64,000 nucleotides of DNA, taken from Moniliella sp. 'wahieum'. Lineage: Eukaryota. The notes below the pieces were generated by a model, which was not told the DNA's origin, searched no databases, and saw only the letters and a program-made list of their open reading frames with translations. The translations under genes and the position numbers were made by a program. The stretch lies in contig RSEE01000001.1 of assembly GCA_003971905.1 (NCBI GenBank), positions 124,001 through 188,000 on the forward strand, in the 5' to 3' direction. Positions 37,845-49,820 of the stretch are shown here, one piece after another; position 1 is the first letter of the stretch, and every line of letters starts with the position of its first letter.

Positions 37845-39603
37845 CCAAGCCGGCTTCAAGCTTCATCGATCATTTTGCCATATGGTGATGTAATGCATTA
37901 TGGTATGGCGATGACCGGATGACCGAGAGAAGTGAGCAGTGAGCAGTGAGCGCTCCGCGCTCCAATCGCTGATTAATATGATTGTTGTGACGCACACCCG
38001 TGACCGCCTGGCCGTACCTTGCCCCAATCGCAAACAAAGGCATTCGCATTTCGAATGCAGCAAGCTTCAAAAAGAGTAAAACCAATGGATCCCATTCAAT
38101 GCATATCAACGTCATCAACATACCCAGGTGACATGCATCGTGCATTGCATCATGCATCGTGCGAGCTCCCGGTTCGTTCAGGCACGCGAAGGCATACGTC
38201 CACAGGGCCCAACCACTAACAGGTGCCATCAGGTGCCACACGTCCCTTGTGGATTGGATGATTATTTTCGCGATGCATGATAACACTCTTTCCGTCCGGC
38301 AAGAACCCTATATGTGTCTCTGTTTCCGTAAATGAATATACAGTCTCAGATGTCATACTGAAGAGTGTGACATTCGGCTGCTGTACAACAGTCTTCGGAT
38401 TTATAGTGCCTTTTGCGTCCGCCGATCGAGCAAACATAAACTTAGTGCCGGCATAGTATACCCGTGAAACGTGAAACACTCTCCCGGCATTTTGTGGCTT
38501 GTGGGGGGAAAAGAGGAAGCAGCTTATTCTTACTCGGCGAGTATAGAAGCGTCCTCAAAATATGGCGCGACCGCGATCAGGGAGATATTTTGCCCATCGG
38601 ATCTCAGATCTCAGATCTCAAATCTATAGACGGCAAGGCCTCTGGCAAGACCGAAGGGTTCAACTATAATTTAACTATTAGTCGCGCTTCCTTCCCTAAT
38701 GTAATGTCTCGTTCACGGCCGGCAGCGGGGATAATCGATAATCGATGGATGCTTTGTGTCGAAAAAAGTATAGAAGTGTGTGGATCTAGTGGAACCTATC
38801 TATAGATGCACTTCAAGCTTCAATGTCGATATGTTGATACTCTAAAATTGAACCTCACAAGCGCTAAGCTCTTCTCTCATCGATCATCATGTATCAGATC
38901 ATCAAATCTCAGATCTCAGATCATCTCAACGTTCAGCTCAACGTTCAACCGTTCATTGAGAATAAGCCTCTCAGGCTCTCATCAGGCCCTCAAGCCTCAG
39001 GCCTGAGGCCTCAGGCATCGGCCTCATTGAGTACTGAAGGCCTCAAGCTTCAAGCTTCAAGCTTCAAGGTCCTCCAGCTTCAAGCATGATGTATGATGCA
39101 TGAGCCGTTTTCGTAGTCGCAGGCCTCTCTAGGCATCTCTTTACAAGCTTCACTAGCCACTTACTACTCTTTTAACGTACTTCCGTGAAAACTCCGTTGT
39201 AACGTGTAACGCGTAACGTCTATAAAACGCGTAACGCATGACGCATGTTAAGCGTACGTTAAACGCACGTGTTGATGATGCAGGAATTATGTAAAGATGT
39301 GTGTGTTGGCTTAAGTCCGTGGGAAATGGTGCAACAGGTGTAGCCAAGTGGCAGGAACCGCTAAGCGCTGAAATCGCTAATAACGGCCCGGAGAAACCAT
39401 TGTCATGCTGGAGACTATACATGGATTAATGGATCATCTCGATCATCGATTATCGATAATCACACAACGCATCCACGGCCTCTCCATGTCTCCCGTCTCG
39501 AACAAATTGATGTTGACGACCCCCCCCCGGAGCCGCGTAACGCGTAACGCGTAACCCCAGTGTTGATAATCAACAGAACTACACAGTAACTAGTAACTAG
39601 TAA
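37845..39603. repeat. Dense cluster of 7-bp (TNA + palindromic 4-mer) arrays
   Basis: TCAGATC (38603), TAATCGA (38732), TCAACGT, TCAGGCC, TCAAGCT (39043), TAACGCG (39538), TAACTAG (39587). Confidence 0.85.
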
Positions 39604-39881
39604 TGTTTGGCACCTAGCCTTTGTGTCAGAGAAGAAAAAGGGCCAACAAGGATTAGGCAGAAGAGAAGCAACATATATGTGTGTGCTGGAAGAGATTATA
39701 CTTGTCTTCGAAAAAGAATAACTGAGACGTATATGTGGATTGTGTGTGTGCAGCAGTACAGCGTGCAGCCACTGTCATGTGTACGCGGCGGTTATGAGGT
39801 CAATGCATAGAGCATAGAGCCCCCGCCGGAACGCACATGCCGTGTATCTTGTGGGTAGCTGCCCGCGCATATGAATAACTT

Positions 39882-41061
39882 TTACGGTTGCTGTTGATTG
39901 TTGGCATCGCTTCGAGGGTTGTTTGGAGACAGCACTGCATCGTGCTGATGCTGGAAGGAAGACCAAAAGGAAGGTGGTGGATGAGGAGACAACGATGGCT
40001 GAGAGGCCATCCGCCTGCCTGGGGTTTCCCCCGCCGCGGCAGTTACTACTGGGAAGACCGGGGCCGGGGGCGGGGGCGGAGGATGAGATGTGAAGTGTGC
40101 CTCTGCGTAGGATGTCGATGAAGCCTCTGGCGCTTCGGTCGTATGCGGGCCAGTGGTGAAAGTGGGCGAATGGCTATTGGGCCAGTGATTACTCAACGAT
40201 GGCCCACCGACTTGGGATACCGAAGGTCCGAAGGGGAAATGCTTTGGTTTCACATCCTCCGGTTCATGGGTTAGTCCAAAAGACAGTTGTTGGTATCCAG
40301 TGCCATCGTCCGGAACAAACGCAAGACGACCAGAATCACTGGCATAGGTTGGAGGGCCCGACGTAGCTCCATATACCCATTCGATGTCCCATTCCCCACA
40401 TGCCCAGCAGATTGATGCGCAGTCGGGCCATAGTTAGATTGAGGAGAAATGGATGGGGCTGGAAATGGTCTACCCCCCGGAGGCATGTCTGGGGGTCTAA
40501 GCGACACTCCGTTTGGATGCGGCACAGGTGTTTGGTTCACAGAAGGAGGAAACGATCCGATGCCGTGGCGAAAGATGCGCGGTTCCGCCCCAGGTCCTCC
40601 TACTCCGGGTAAGGGAGCATGCAGCTCAAAAAACGGTCCGTTCTCTTGGCTTCTGCTTCCGGCTGGACCATCCAGAACATGAGGCCGAACTTCGGCCAGC
40701 TGAAACGAAACCGCCGTCGTGCTCGCGGGGTTCGCGTCAGGCGACGGAACCAGAAGGTTCACAGGCAGAGGATTGGGGCGCTGCTCATAACCTTGGCTTG
40801 TTGCAAGATGAGGATTGTGCTGATGGTGCATGGCCTGCAACATCCCTCGCAGCCGCGTGTTTCTTGGCGCAATTCTCTCACTGTATCTGTAAGGTTTGGG
40901 GGGGCGGGGGGCGGAGTTAGCATAACGTTTTGCAAGCCTGAAGAGGCATGCTCACTTTCGAGATCAGCAATGTACTTCCTGCGGCGCTCACGGAACGCAC
41001 GCTGCACCTCGAGGGCACGAGTGGGAGCTGCATCGCTTCGAGGTCGGCGGCCACGAGCCAT
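39882..41061 (-). CDS. bZIP transcription factor (AP-1/Yap-like basic region; 3' end uncertain)
   Basis: MARGRRPRSDAAPTRALEVQRAFRERRRKYIADLE matches the QRAFRER..YI..LE basic/zipper start; followed by P/S/Q-rich low-complexity sequence. Confidence 0.8.
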
Positions 41062-42498
41062 TGGATTGCCCAATGTCCAGAACCTTCTGGGGCGGCGGAG
41101 TTGGTAGAAGATGTGAGAGGTGAGTCCAAGGGACTGTTGCGGGCGGAGTGGTGGCGACAGGAGTCAAGAGCCGTAACCACAAAACTGGTGCGGACTTTGG
41201 CCACAGGAGGGGGTCGGCCCTGTCGATAGACGATATAATACGACACATCGCGCCTCATCGCGGGGCGTTGGTAACGGCACCTTATACACACACACACAAG
41301 AGGGAGCTGCCTATGCGACATCCCTTCCCTCCAGGATCCACCGCAGAGCGGCAGCTGGAAGCGTGCGCCACGTCGCAATTGCCAATTCATCCCATTGCGA
41401 CCTTTCGGATCACTTCACCTTGACCCATTTGACACAGCAGTGCGGGCCCGAGTCCCTACGGAGTCCCTTCGTTGGGTTCACGCGACCCTATTCGTTGAAC
41501 ACACTGAACATGTGGCATGAATATCAAGGAGCGCTGAGCAGCGCACCGCAGCCTCAGCGCCTCAGCCGCTAGCGGAGCCACGAGACGCTGGACGCGCTGG
41601 ACCACTGCTAGACCCCTATGCACCCCTCTTGTAATGGGTGATGTATGATGTGTGATTTGGGGACCGCTGGCGCCGAGGCGCTGAGCGCGCCTGACCGGTG
41701 ACTTCGGAGAGCTGATCGGGAAGTTGGTATCGCCTCGTTAAAATGATGGGGTGTAAGGGTCGAGCGATATACGAGTGTAGGCCGACTGCCGGTTGCGGGT
41801 TACCGGTTACCCGCATTACATGGTCATACCGGTCATACGAATACTGTCGCCGCTGATGGTCACCGGTCGTGCAGGTACGCGTTACGTGGCTACGGTCATA
41901 TTGCGGCACGAATCTGTGGGGGAGAAGGGGTCCAAGGTATACACCTGTGTTCTGGTCAGTTGGTTACAGCGCCGGTCTAGCCATGTCTAGCCAGATCTAG
42001 CCGCGCTCAGCTCAGTCTGTGCTGGCTGAGCGCTCAGGCTGAGCGGAGCGCAGTAGGTTGATCACGAGATCATCCACCATCTATCATGCGGAGCAGGTCT
42101 TTAGTCAGATCGGTCAGAGGCTGTGGGTCTATAGCTAAAGGGAGAGACGTCTCCGATTACTCGGTTAACACAGGTGCACTCATTGATCAGAACCGTAATC
42201 GATAATCCTACCGGTATCATATATCACCTATCATCGATCAGCGCTCTCTCAGGCTAGAGCGGGTTCAACTGTTGACCAGGGTCCTATGGGCTAGCCACCT
42301 CCGCGGCACTCCTGACCATCTTACTCATCCGGGCACCACACCAGTATCCCTATCCCCTGGCCTAGTGCCGCTCTCCTTTCTTCTCCTTCTTCTCCTTCTT
42401 CTTCTGATCCTCAGTCTGGGTTCAACCCAGCTCCTGTCTTCTCTCTGCCATTGCATAACTGCACTTAGGACGTCGCTGGGTAACCAGGATCATTAGCA

Positions 42499-42563
42499 AG
42501 CACCAAGCACCAAGCTGGGGCGAAGCCCCAGCTGACTGGGCCGTAGGCCCAGTGGTCTTCTAG
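42499..42563 (+). mobile_element. Helitron 3' terminus (same family as 15990-16275)
   Basis: AGCACCAAGCACCAAGCTGGGGCGAAGCCCCAGCTGACTGGGCCGTAGGCCCAGTGGTCTTCTAG|T. Confidence 0.8.
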
Positions 42564-42777
42564 TGTTTCAAAAAAGTACAAGGCGGAATAGGGATTGCTA
42601 GGAGGCGGCATTCGTTCCGCGTGCGGTTCATCCATTATCTTGTCTGACACGTCTCCTGGCTCCACCTTGGCCCGCCTGGCCACCATCGCGCGCTTGGGTC
42701 TGAGAAGCCCCTGGCGTCTCCACACCGTCTATCGACATGTCGGACAAGGAGCGTGCTGAATCTCCCAAAATTTTGCG

Positions 42778-43533
42778 TCAAAAATCTGCCTCCCTCTCAG
42801 ACAGCGAGGGAGAAGGGAAAGAGTTAACCACACCCCCCCCCCACTGAGGGCGAGGGGGATGACTCATCCGAGGTGGATGACTCGTCCGAGGGGGATGATT
42901 CGTCCGAGGAGGATGAAGATGACGAGATGGACTTGGGGCTCGCCATTGAGAGCTCTCTGGAATGTACAGGCGCCAAATCACTCTTCAGTCTCAGAGTCGT
43001 CTGTGCGGTCGTCGTCCTCGCCATCGGTGCCCTCTGCGTCAAAGAGGTTGACTGCAGTGCCGTCGTTGTCCCGTTCATCCTCCTCATCTGTTATTTGTGC
43101 CCGGGTTACTGCGATGTGACGGAGGTGGGTGAGTTGTGCACGAGTCGCACCCAGGCGGTACAAATTTCAGGGTTACCTTGCGGAGAAGATGCGTGTCCGC
43201 AATGCCCTCGAAAATTTCCCAGGCGCTCGTCCAGCCCAGTAGATAGCTTGCGGGGCGAGATGAGCGAAAAAAGTCAGATGACCTGCTGGACGACAACGGG
43301 GTGGCGACGTACTTATGATCGGACAAAGAGACAGTGATGGCACTGAAAATGTCATTGCAGCGCTTGCTGTTGTTCAGACTCCGGTTGAGCAAGACTGTGC
43401 ACAGGGCAGATGGGTCAGGGAAGTTGTGATGTTGTAAGATACGTCCCATTTCCATCCGGAAGTCAATGTCGTTCGGTGCATAGCAACAGAGGCGCTTTTG
43501 ATGAGAACGGGTGAGATAAGTTATTGTGGCCAT
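42778..43533 (-). CDS. Hypothetical protein or pseudogene with acidic/Ser-rich C-terminal part
   Basis: ORF pieces MATITYLTRSHQKRLCCYAPNDIDF..., DEEDERDND...GEDDDRTDDSETEE, and an 18-bp repeat encoding SDESS units. Interrupted; no family recognised. Confidence 0.3.
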
Positions 43534-43689
43534 ATTGCGAGGAGAGCAACGCGTGAAAAGGCGGGGCCGGTACGTACCAGGATTCGGACGCGCTCCTTGG
43601 CGACAGTGAACTCTTGGTGAGAGAGGATGCGAAAGTAGACTGGAAATGACGGACGAAATCAGCCCGAAAGGCTGCAATTGTGCGCCTTC

Positions 43690-43959
43690 CGTTGCCTCGA
43701 TCGATACGGTGCATGCTCTCTGGCAATTGGACGTGTTATTTGTTAGTAGATGGTTTAGGGGTTTGGGTTAACGCACCTCATTCAAATAGCCTTTGTTGAG
43801 CGTTACCCGCCTCTGGATCGTTTCGTTGCCTGTTGCGCGGATGCGGTGCATGCTCTCCGGGATCTGAACGATGTGTTATTTGTAATAGTTGGTTTAGAGG
43901 TTTGGCTCAACGCACCTCATCATTCAATAGCTTGTGCTGAGCGTTGCCCGCCTCTGGAT
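43690..43959. repeat. Diverged ~135-bp tandem duplication
   Basis: Both halves read CGTTGCCT...CGGTGCATGCTCTC...GTGTTATTTGT...TGGTTTAG...AACGCACCTCAT...TGAGCGTT.CCCGCCTCTGGAT. Confidence 0.85.
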
Positions 43960-45990
43960 GATGTTGGACAAGGCACTGTTGATGGTGGATCTAGTGGGGG
44001 AGGCGCCGAAGAGAGCGTGGACTCTTGACCACCATCAGCAAAACGTGCTGTCTAGCCGACATGCTAATGGATTCGACAATTTTTACCCAGTGGCACTGGC
44101 GTGACTTTGTGCGTCGCTTGCGGGATCTTGATCGACATCTTTTCTGGATCATTTGCCTGCGCGCTTTCACACGTGATATGCCGCTGTCTCTCAGGGACCG
44201 TCAGGATGCAGGCGGGGGGGCGATGCCAGATTGGTGGTGGGGGGGGGGGGCTCGTCCACGTACACAGCTCGTCCATTTCGGCTACCTGACAACCTAGCTT
44301 TTGTTGTTGACGGTGCGGGTGGAACTGGACCTGCGATACTGCTGGGTCCGCGAGAGGGGCTCGCACGAGCATAATTGCCTGGACGGGCTGTTGCACTTAC
44401 TCTGGTGGAACGGTGGCGAGGGATGGTGGTGGGGTGTGTGTGGAAAGAGGCAGGACCAGGGGGTCTGGCTGGCTCTTGTCAAGTGTGGCTGCAGTGCGGA
44501 GGTAGAGCAGATTGCGCCACTCACATGCGGGGGGTTCCATACAACGCACTAGGCAAGTCTTTTGCCCCTGGCCGGATTTGGCTAGCCAGGAGCCAAACTG
44601 AGGATGCACTGAGGCGCTGTTGCTGCAGGGAACAGGCTGCGCCCAACATTCTCTGCACCAGGCAGTGTACGCGCGGGCGCTGCCAGGGGGGGCGCCCAGG
44701 GGGTTAAGGCCTAAGGCCTAAGGGTACAATCCATTGGAGATCCTGAGGTCGACTAGCTCTCACGGTGGTTACGCACTTGGCTGATGGTGGGTCCGAGCGG
44801 GGCTAGGGACAAAGAAAGACTTCTCGGCGTATAGCAGAGGTGGCTGCCAGTGTGGCAAGGCTGTGTAGCATAAAGGAAGAACGGGGGATAGAAGGGAAAC
44901 CAGGGGGCGAGACGGTTTTGGGTACGGGCAACCTAAAAGGTAAAAGGGCACCGGGCGACTATCGTCTCCAGATTGAATCTGACCCCATGACCAACCTGGG
45001 GATGGGAATAGGAAGGCGACAGGCGCACATAGGCTTCGTCAGGCTTGCCAGCTCGTCTTCGCCCGTGACCGGCAGTAGGCAACTGTCGCTCGATGGTGAG
45101 CGAATAAGGCTACGTAGTGTCCTGGACAGATCGAAGCAGCCAGGCCAACAGTGAAAGTTGAGTCGCACATTCAAACGTTCGCCGTTGGTACACCGGCAAT
45201 GTATCGACACCGAGGTACTGGAGACTGGAGCCCTAGCTCCTCCAACTCTTGCTTCAACTCTTTTCGGCTGCAAGAATGTCCAGCACTGCCAGCCATTGGA
45301 TATGCACCGGATATGTCGTTGATACCCGTACTCGTCTTTTGACACAGAGGGACGCCCGACGTCACCAAGATCACACCGGGCACACCGGGTGGCGTCCAAT
45401 AGCCCAGCTGCAACACTGGACACTGCAGCAGGCATCATTCGTGCACCCTGCGCTCCGGCGCGCAAGCACGATCCCAGCTGGTTCCAACCGGCAACCGCTG
45501 GCCACCATCTCTACTGTGGCCCACATCTGACATTAATATGTCAGATGTGGCCTCCCTTGAATTTTGCACCTTCAGCCCCTCTCTGGATTGCCCCCTGGGT
45601 CTCCCACGCAAAATGGCGATGTGGAAGATGCTTTTGGATGGAGGACAACGCTGAAACGTGCGTTGCCCACAGTCGGCTGGTCCGTCTACCGAACCCGAAG
45701 CGACAGCGGATCCTCAGTCCGGATCCAAGCCAGAGCGGCGATCAACTCATCGGCGCGCACACAAGTCTGATGCCTCACATAAAGACGCACTCCTTTGCAG
45801 TCTCCGGCTCTGTATTGAGGATCTGTCAGAAACAATAATACGTCGCCACGGCCCGATTGCTAGCAATATGTTCGCGCCCTTTACGAACCCGTTCATTGCC
45901 GTCATCAACATCATCCAGTTGTGGTTACCAAAAAGTATATGCGGCGAGAGCTCGCCGAACTGGTCCTGTCACTGATTGAGATTATTACGC

Positions 45991-46066
45991 TGCGTCGCCA
46001 CCTTAGCCACCGTTCCACGCTGGAACCATTCCACGCTGGAGAGGGAACATAATATCTTTTCACCCG
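45991..46066 (-). mobile_element. Internal fragment of the mini-Helitron family (no terminal hairpin)
   Basis: Reverse complement contains GGGTGA...CTCCAGCG...GGAACGGTGGCTAAGGTGGCGAC, as at 16100-16208. Confidence 0.6.
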
Positions 46067-47000
46067 TCCCACATTGACTATGCGTGATAATAACTCAGAT
46101 GACCTCCACTCGCAATGGGGTGGATGGATTAACGCGAATCCCACTTCACCATCCGGCTCGCGCGTGTGCCAAGCGAGACGACTGTGATTTAACTATACAA
46201 GCGCGTATGTTGGCACGGTCACCTTTATCTCTAGCCTTTATCGCGGGAGCTACTGGGGGCATCGGTACTTCCTGGGCCTCTGACGCGACGCGACGTGGCT
46301 CTGCACATCGCCTTTATTTGCCAGACGGCCAGCTAATGATTCCAATGACAATCTTCCGGAGCATGGGACAGGTCGCACACGCAACACAGCGTTCATTAAG
46401 CAAAAGGTTGGACTTTTGCGTGAAGGAACAGTTGAAGTGCAAGCTGGTCCGCAAATGTAAAACCTGTCGTTACCCGTGTTCATCGTCGAACTGGTTGGTT
46501 CGCTCTGGTCCGTTCGACGGGGTCATTCTGCGACCACCGACAATTGATCTGGTCCAATGAATATCCGGCCGAGTCGGAACACTGCGATGAAGGACGTATA
46601 TACTACACGGACCAGTGGGGCCCAAGCTCCGGTCATCCAACACCTTACTGTTGTCGGAACCAACGAGGAATGGGTCATACGTTGGCTCATGAGTACACAC
46701 ACCTCATGGAACAAGAAGAAGATGGTGAAGAAGTGTTAAGTCGCGATACGACAGCCTAACCTCTGGGGAGACAGTCTCGCTTGACCGATTTCGGTTTCAG
46801 ACACCATCTCTCAAACGCGCCTGTCCGACTATGGATGTATCAGGACGAACGACTCTCGATGATCTCGTCGGTTTGCTCGGAGAACCCAACAGACTTTTCA
46901 TGGCTTTCGTTTGCGGGGTTAAAGCAATGTGAAGGGCCAACAAAAGTCTATCTTCAGCGGGGCTGCACCAGTCGTCCCTGCGTGCCCTGTACTCTGATGA

Positions 47001-47230
47001 GACCTGGAGTCCGGATTGTCCTCGAGGGTGATGCAATCGCACTGATGGTGGTGGTGATGGTCTAAGCCAACCAGCAACGCCTACTGAGGAACATCAAACA
47101 GCGAGTCGCCACCAGGGGCTAAGCTGCGGAACAAGGAAAAACAGGAGAGAAAAACAACGGAACTCCTAGGCCTGAGGAGGAACTGAAGGGACATTGGCCA
47201 AAGCACGAGCCACCCGGTGGCTCAACATAC
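47001..47230 (+). repeat. Dispersed diverged repeat / pseudogene fragment, copy 1 (paralogue at 58601)
   Basis: Shares ACCTGGAGTCC..GTCCTCGAGGG..GTGGTGGTGATGGT..AGTCGCCA..AGGGGCTA..ACGGAACTCCTAGGC..GAGCCACCC..CGGTGGCTCAACA with 58601-58832. Confidence 0.8.
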
Positions 47231-47331
47231 TCAAGCAGAACTAGCCGCAGGATGGATGCCTGATGAACCAAACCCTCATCAGTGGGCACAATGCTGTGCC
47301 GCATGGCCTGCCTTTTGGTCCATATATGAAA

Positions 47332-47548
47332 CGAGGAGACCACCGGGCCTACGGCCCGGTCTGCTGCGTCGCCACCGTAGCCACCGGTCCCCCGTCGCCA
47401 CCTTAGCCACCGTTCCCCCCTTCGCCACCGTAGTTATAATATCACCGATACGCGCTGGCTGGGGTGGCTGGGGTGGCTGGCTGCGCCCCGGTGGCTTACG
47501 CAATGCTGATGTAAAAGAGTGGTGCACACCCCGTTTGGGATTCTAATA
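47332..47548 (-). mobile_element. Diverged mini-Helitron copy (minus strand)
   Basis: Reverse complement has TACATCAGCAT...GGTGATA, the GGTGGCTAAGGTGGCGAC minisatellite, hairpin CCGGGCCGTAGGCCCGG and end TGGTCTCCTCG|T (CTAG mutated). Confidence 0.7.
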
Positions 47549-47549
47549 A

Positions 47550-47775
47550 CCCTGTCCCAGCCTTAAGCTCTGTCAATGAAATGGACGTGGTCTAGAGAGG
47601 GTACGGGACCGGATGGCGTGAGCCGGAGGGTCCTGATATCCTGGCGATCCCCCTGGTCCCTTGACCCTGGTGGCGCCCCCAAGTAACCCCCGCAAGATGA
47701 ACGGTTAGGTTTAGACGTAGCGTTCCCCCTGTCCCAGCCTTAAGCTCTGTCAATGAAATGGACGTGGTCTAGAGA
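47550..47775. mobile_element. A-B-A split direct repeat (possible tyrosine-recombinase retroelement terminus)
   Basis: Exact 49-bp direct repeat (47550-47598 = 47727-47775) around a 128-bp B segment; other copies at 4927, 31075 and 49380. Confidence 0.55.
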
Positions 47776-48065
47776 TGAGAGGTTCCATTTACCTGACGTT
47801 AAATCTTGGCCACATCAACTGCCGATGTTCCCCTGGCTAATCTGAAGACGCATGTCCCCGTAGAGCACACCCTTCCGTGCGGCGACTATGCCAAATTGAT
47901 TCCCTGCCCTCGGCCAGCTACCATGAGCGCGTATAGGAAGCACGCGTGTTGACAGGTGGTTCTGGTAGCATTCCTAGCAGAAGACACGAAATGGTGTGGT
48001 GGGATTTTGAAACGACGCAAAGTTTCACATGTATCCGGCAGTTGGCCCCCCGCGCTGCACATCAT

Positions 48066-48133
48066 TGACACCAACGACCTCTTTTGCGCCGTCGCTGACA
48101 TCAACGACCTCTTTTTCGACGTCGCTGACATCA
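48066..48133. repeat. 30-bp tandem repeat (~2.3 copies)
   Basis: tgacaccaacgacctcttttgcgccgtcgc / tgacatcaacgacctctttttcgacgtcgc / tgacatca. Confidence 0.85.
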
Positions 48134-49379
48134 TTTCCCTCAAAACCATGCGAACACGTCGCCGATGTCAGCCCCTGGACATCCGCTGATATTTTAAATC
48201 TATTTCGTTGATCCGCTGTGTATTTATCGAGAGACCCCCTGCTTTTTCCACCTGTACTTAAGTGCGTGGCATCCCCTTGGCGACGCCACTTACAAGCCGT
48301 CGCTGCACTAGTTGCAATGATGCATCAGTTCTTGATATAATGATGAACGTATTAAGGTGAGTATTTTATGGATGAACAATATACGTACTCTCGATTATAT
48401 CTGCGGATGGCCTCTGACGACGCTGATGCTCACTATATGATCTGCTGACCCCTTCCTCTTCCCAAAACGCATCCGCGCGACAAGAATTGCCCCCACGCTA
48501 AAGTCGAAGTCGGTTGGCCTAAATGAGGCCACCAAGTTTCCGGCACCTTTGCGACCACTGTCGCCCCGTTTCACCACTGCTTGCTTTGTCCTTATTTTCC
48601 GTTGCGCCTGCGGCAACGAACCCCTCTTTTGACATGTCTTTCCTTTCTACACCCCTATTGTGCCCGTTTTCCCTTTTAGATATACTCTGTACCCCTGGTT
48701 ATGGTGGGGATCCTTTCCCCAACACCTCCCATTCTGGCCCCTTCTCGCCTTTCCTGCCCGACTCCTCTGCCCGCTTCCAGCCAATTGATTCAGTACAGAG
48801 GCAATTCGTCTACCAGCTTTCCATTAGCCCACGAGCCGCTTCGAGTCCCCATACCAACTTATCACTTGGGTTCCTTTCCAGACGCAGCGTCAACAGCCGC
48901 CCCTGTTTAGTCCCAACTCTGGCAGTGTTTGTTCTCCATATTGCCTCTACCGGTTCCCAACAAGTCCTGGAGGCTTCAGACACGTTACTACGGTTCAAGT
49001 CAGTGCGTACGCCGCCTTTCCACACGTGAAGCTGTCTCCGCTCCACCCCCAAAGGCTTCTTCTTGTCCCTACCTCCGCTCGGATTCACCAGCTACAGCTC
49101 TTCAAGCCAGAAACCACCGTGAGTTGTCCTTCCGTGTCTCCTAAGGGTTTTTGTACCCCACAAACCTGGGTGAGCCCCCTGACGGGCCCGCCCGTGACTG
49201 TTAGCTTTTGCGGGCAGTGCCCCAAGGTTCTGGAGGCTTGAAGGGAGATCATCACCCTGAAAACAGTAGTGTCATTCTAAACGAGGAGAGTCGCTCTGTG
49301 TGGGGGGAAAGAATGTCTTTTCCCCGAGAAGAGGTATATGTGACGGGCAAAATTATTTAGAACCGCAAAACGTATATAT

Positions 49380-49409
49380 CCCTGTCCCAGCCTTAAGCTC
49401 TGTCAATGA
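49380..49409. repeat. A-segment copy of the split-repeat family
   Basis: CCCTGTCCCAGCCTTAAGCTCTGTCAATGA, starting at the same boundary as the 47550 copy. Confidence 0.85.
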
Positions 49410-49820
49410 GATCAGGATTAAGCTAAGAGACTGGATGATTCCTCACGGGAATGAGCAGTTCCATGCGATACCGTCGGATATATATGTCACAACCCCTGGC
49501 ATCCTGATGGACGTCCGTGACGAAAAGTTTCTAGTATACGAGACGAAATACACCAGTATGGTCACAGCCGGAGGGAATAGGAGGGGAGTGAAAGGTAAAT
49601 GTGTTTGTGGGAGAGGTGGCTGAGGCACGACAGAGAGTGAGGTTGTGTGTACCCCTTCACCCTCGATTTCCCTACCCCCACATTGTGTATTATCTTTGAA
49701 GGGCAGGTTATTAAGGTTATTGAACCAGAGAGGAAGGGCAAGTGGGGCGCTCTTGCTGTATTTGGGGGCTTGTTACTAACGGAACGATGCCATGACATAA
49801 ACTATGCACCCCTGCGTAAT

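Noticed and set aside
38216..38479. 87-aa protein-like ORF inside the array hotspot
   Set aside because: No ATG-supported model, recognisable motif or splice structure.
47553..47563. GTCCCAGCCT resembling the HDV ribozyme
   Set aside because: Only about 10 nt match; the nested double pseudoknot cannot be built.
47550..47775. Direct repeats as a CRISPR array
   Set aside because: Eukaryotic context, only two adjacent copies, the 'spacer' is itself repeated elsewhere, and there are no cas genes.
49503..49530. Hammerhead-like string CTGATGGACGTCCGTGACGAAA
   Set aside because: The core deviates from CUGANGA-stem-GAAA, and no convincing stems I/III or NUH site were found.
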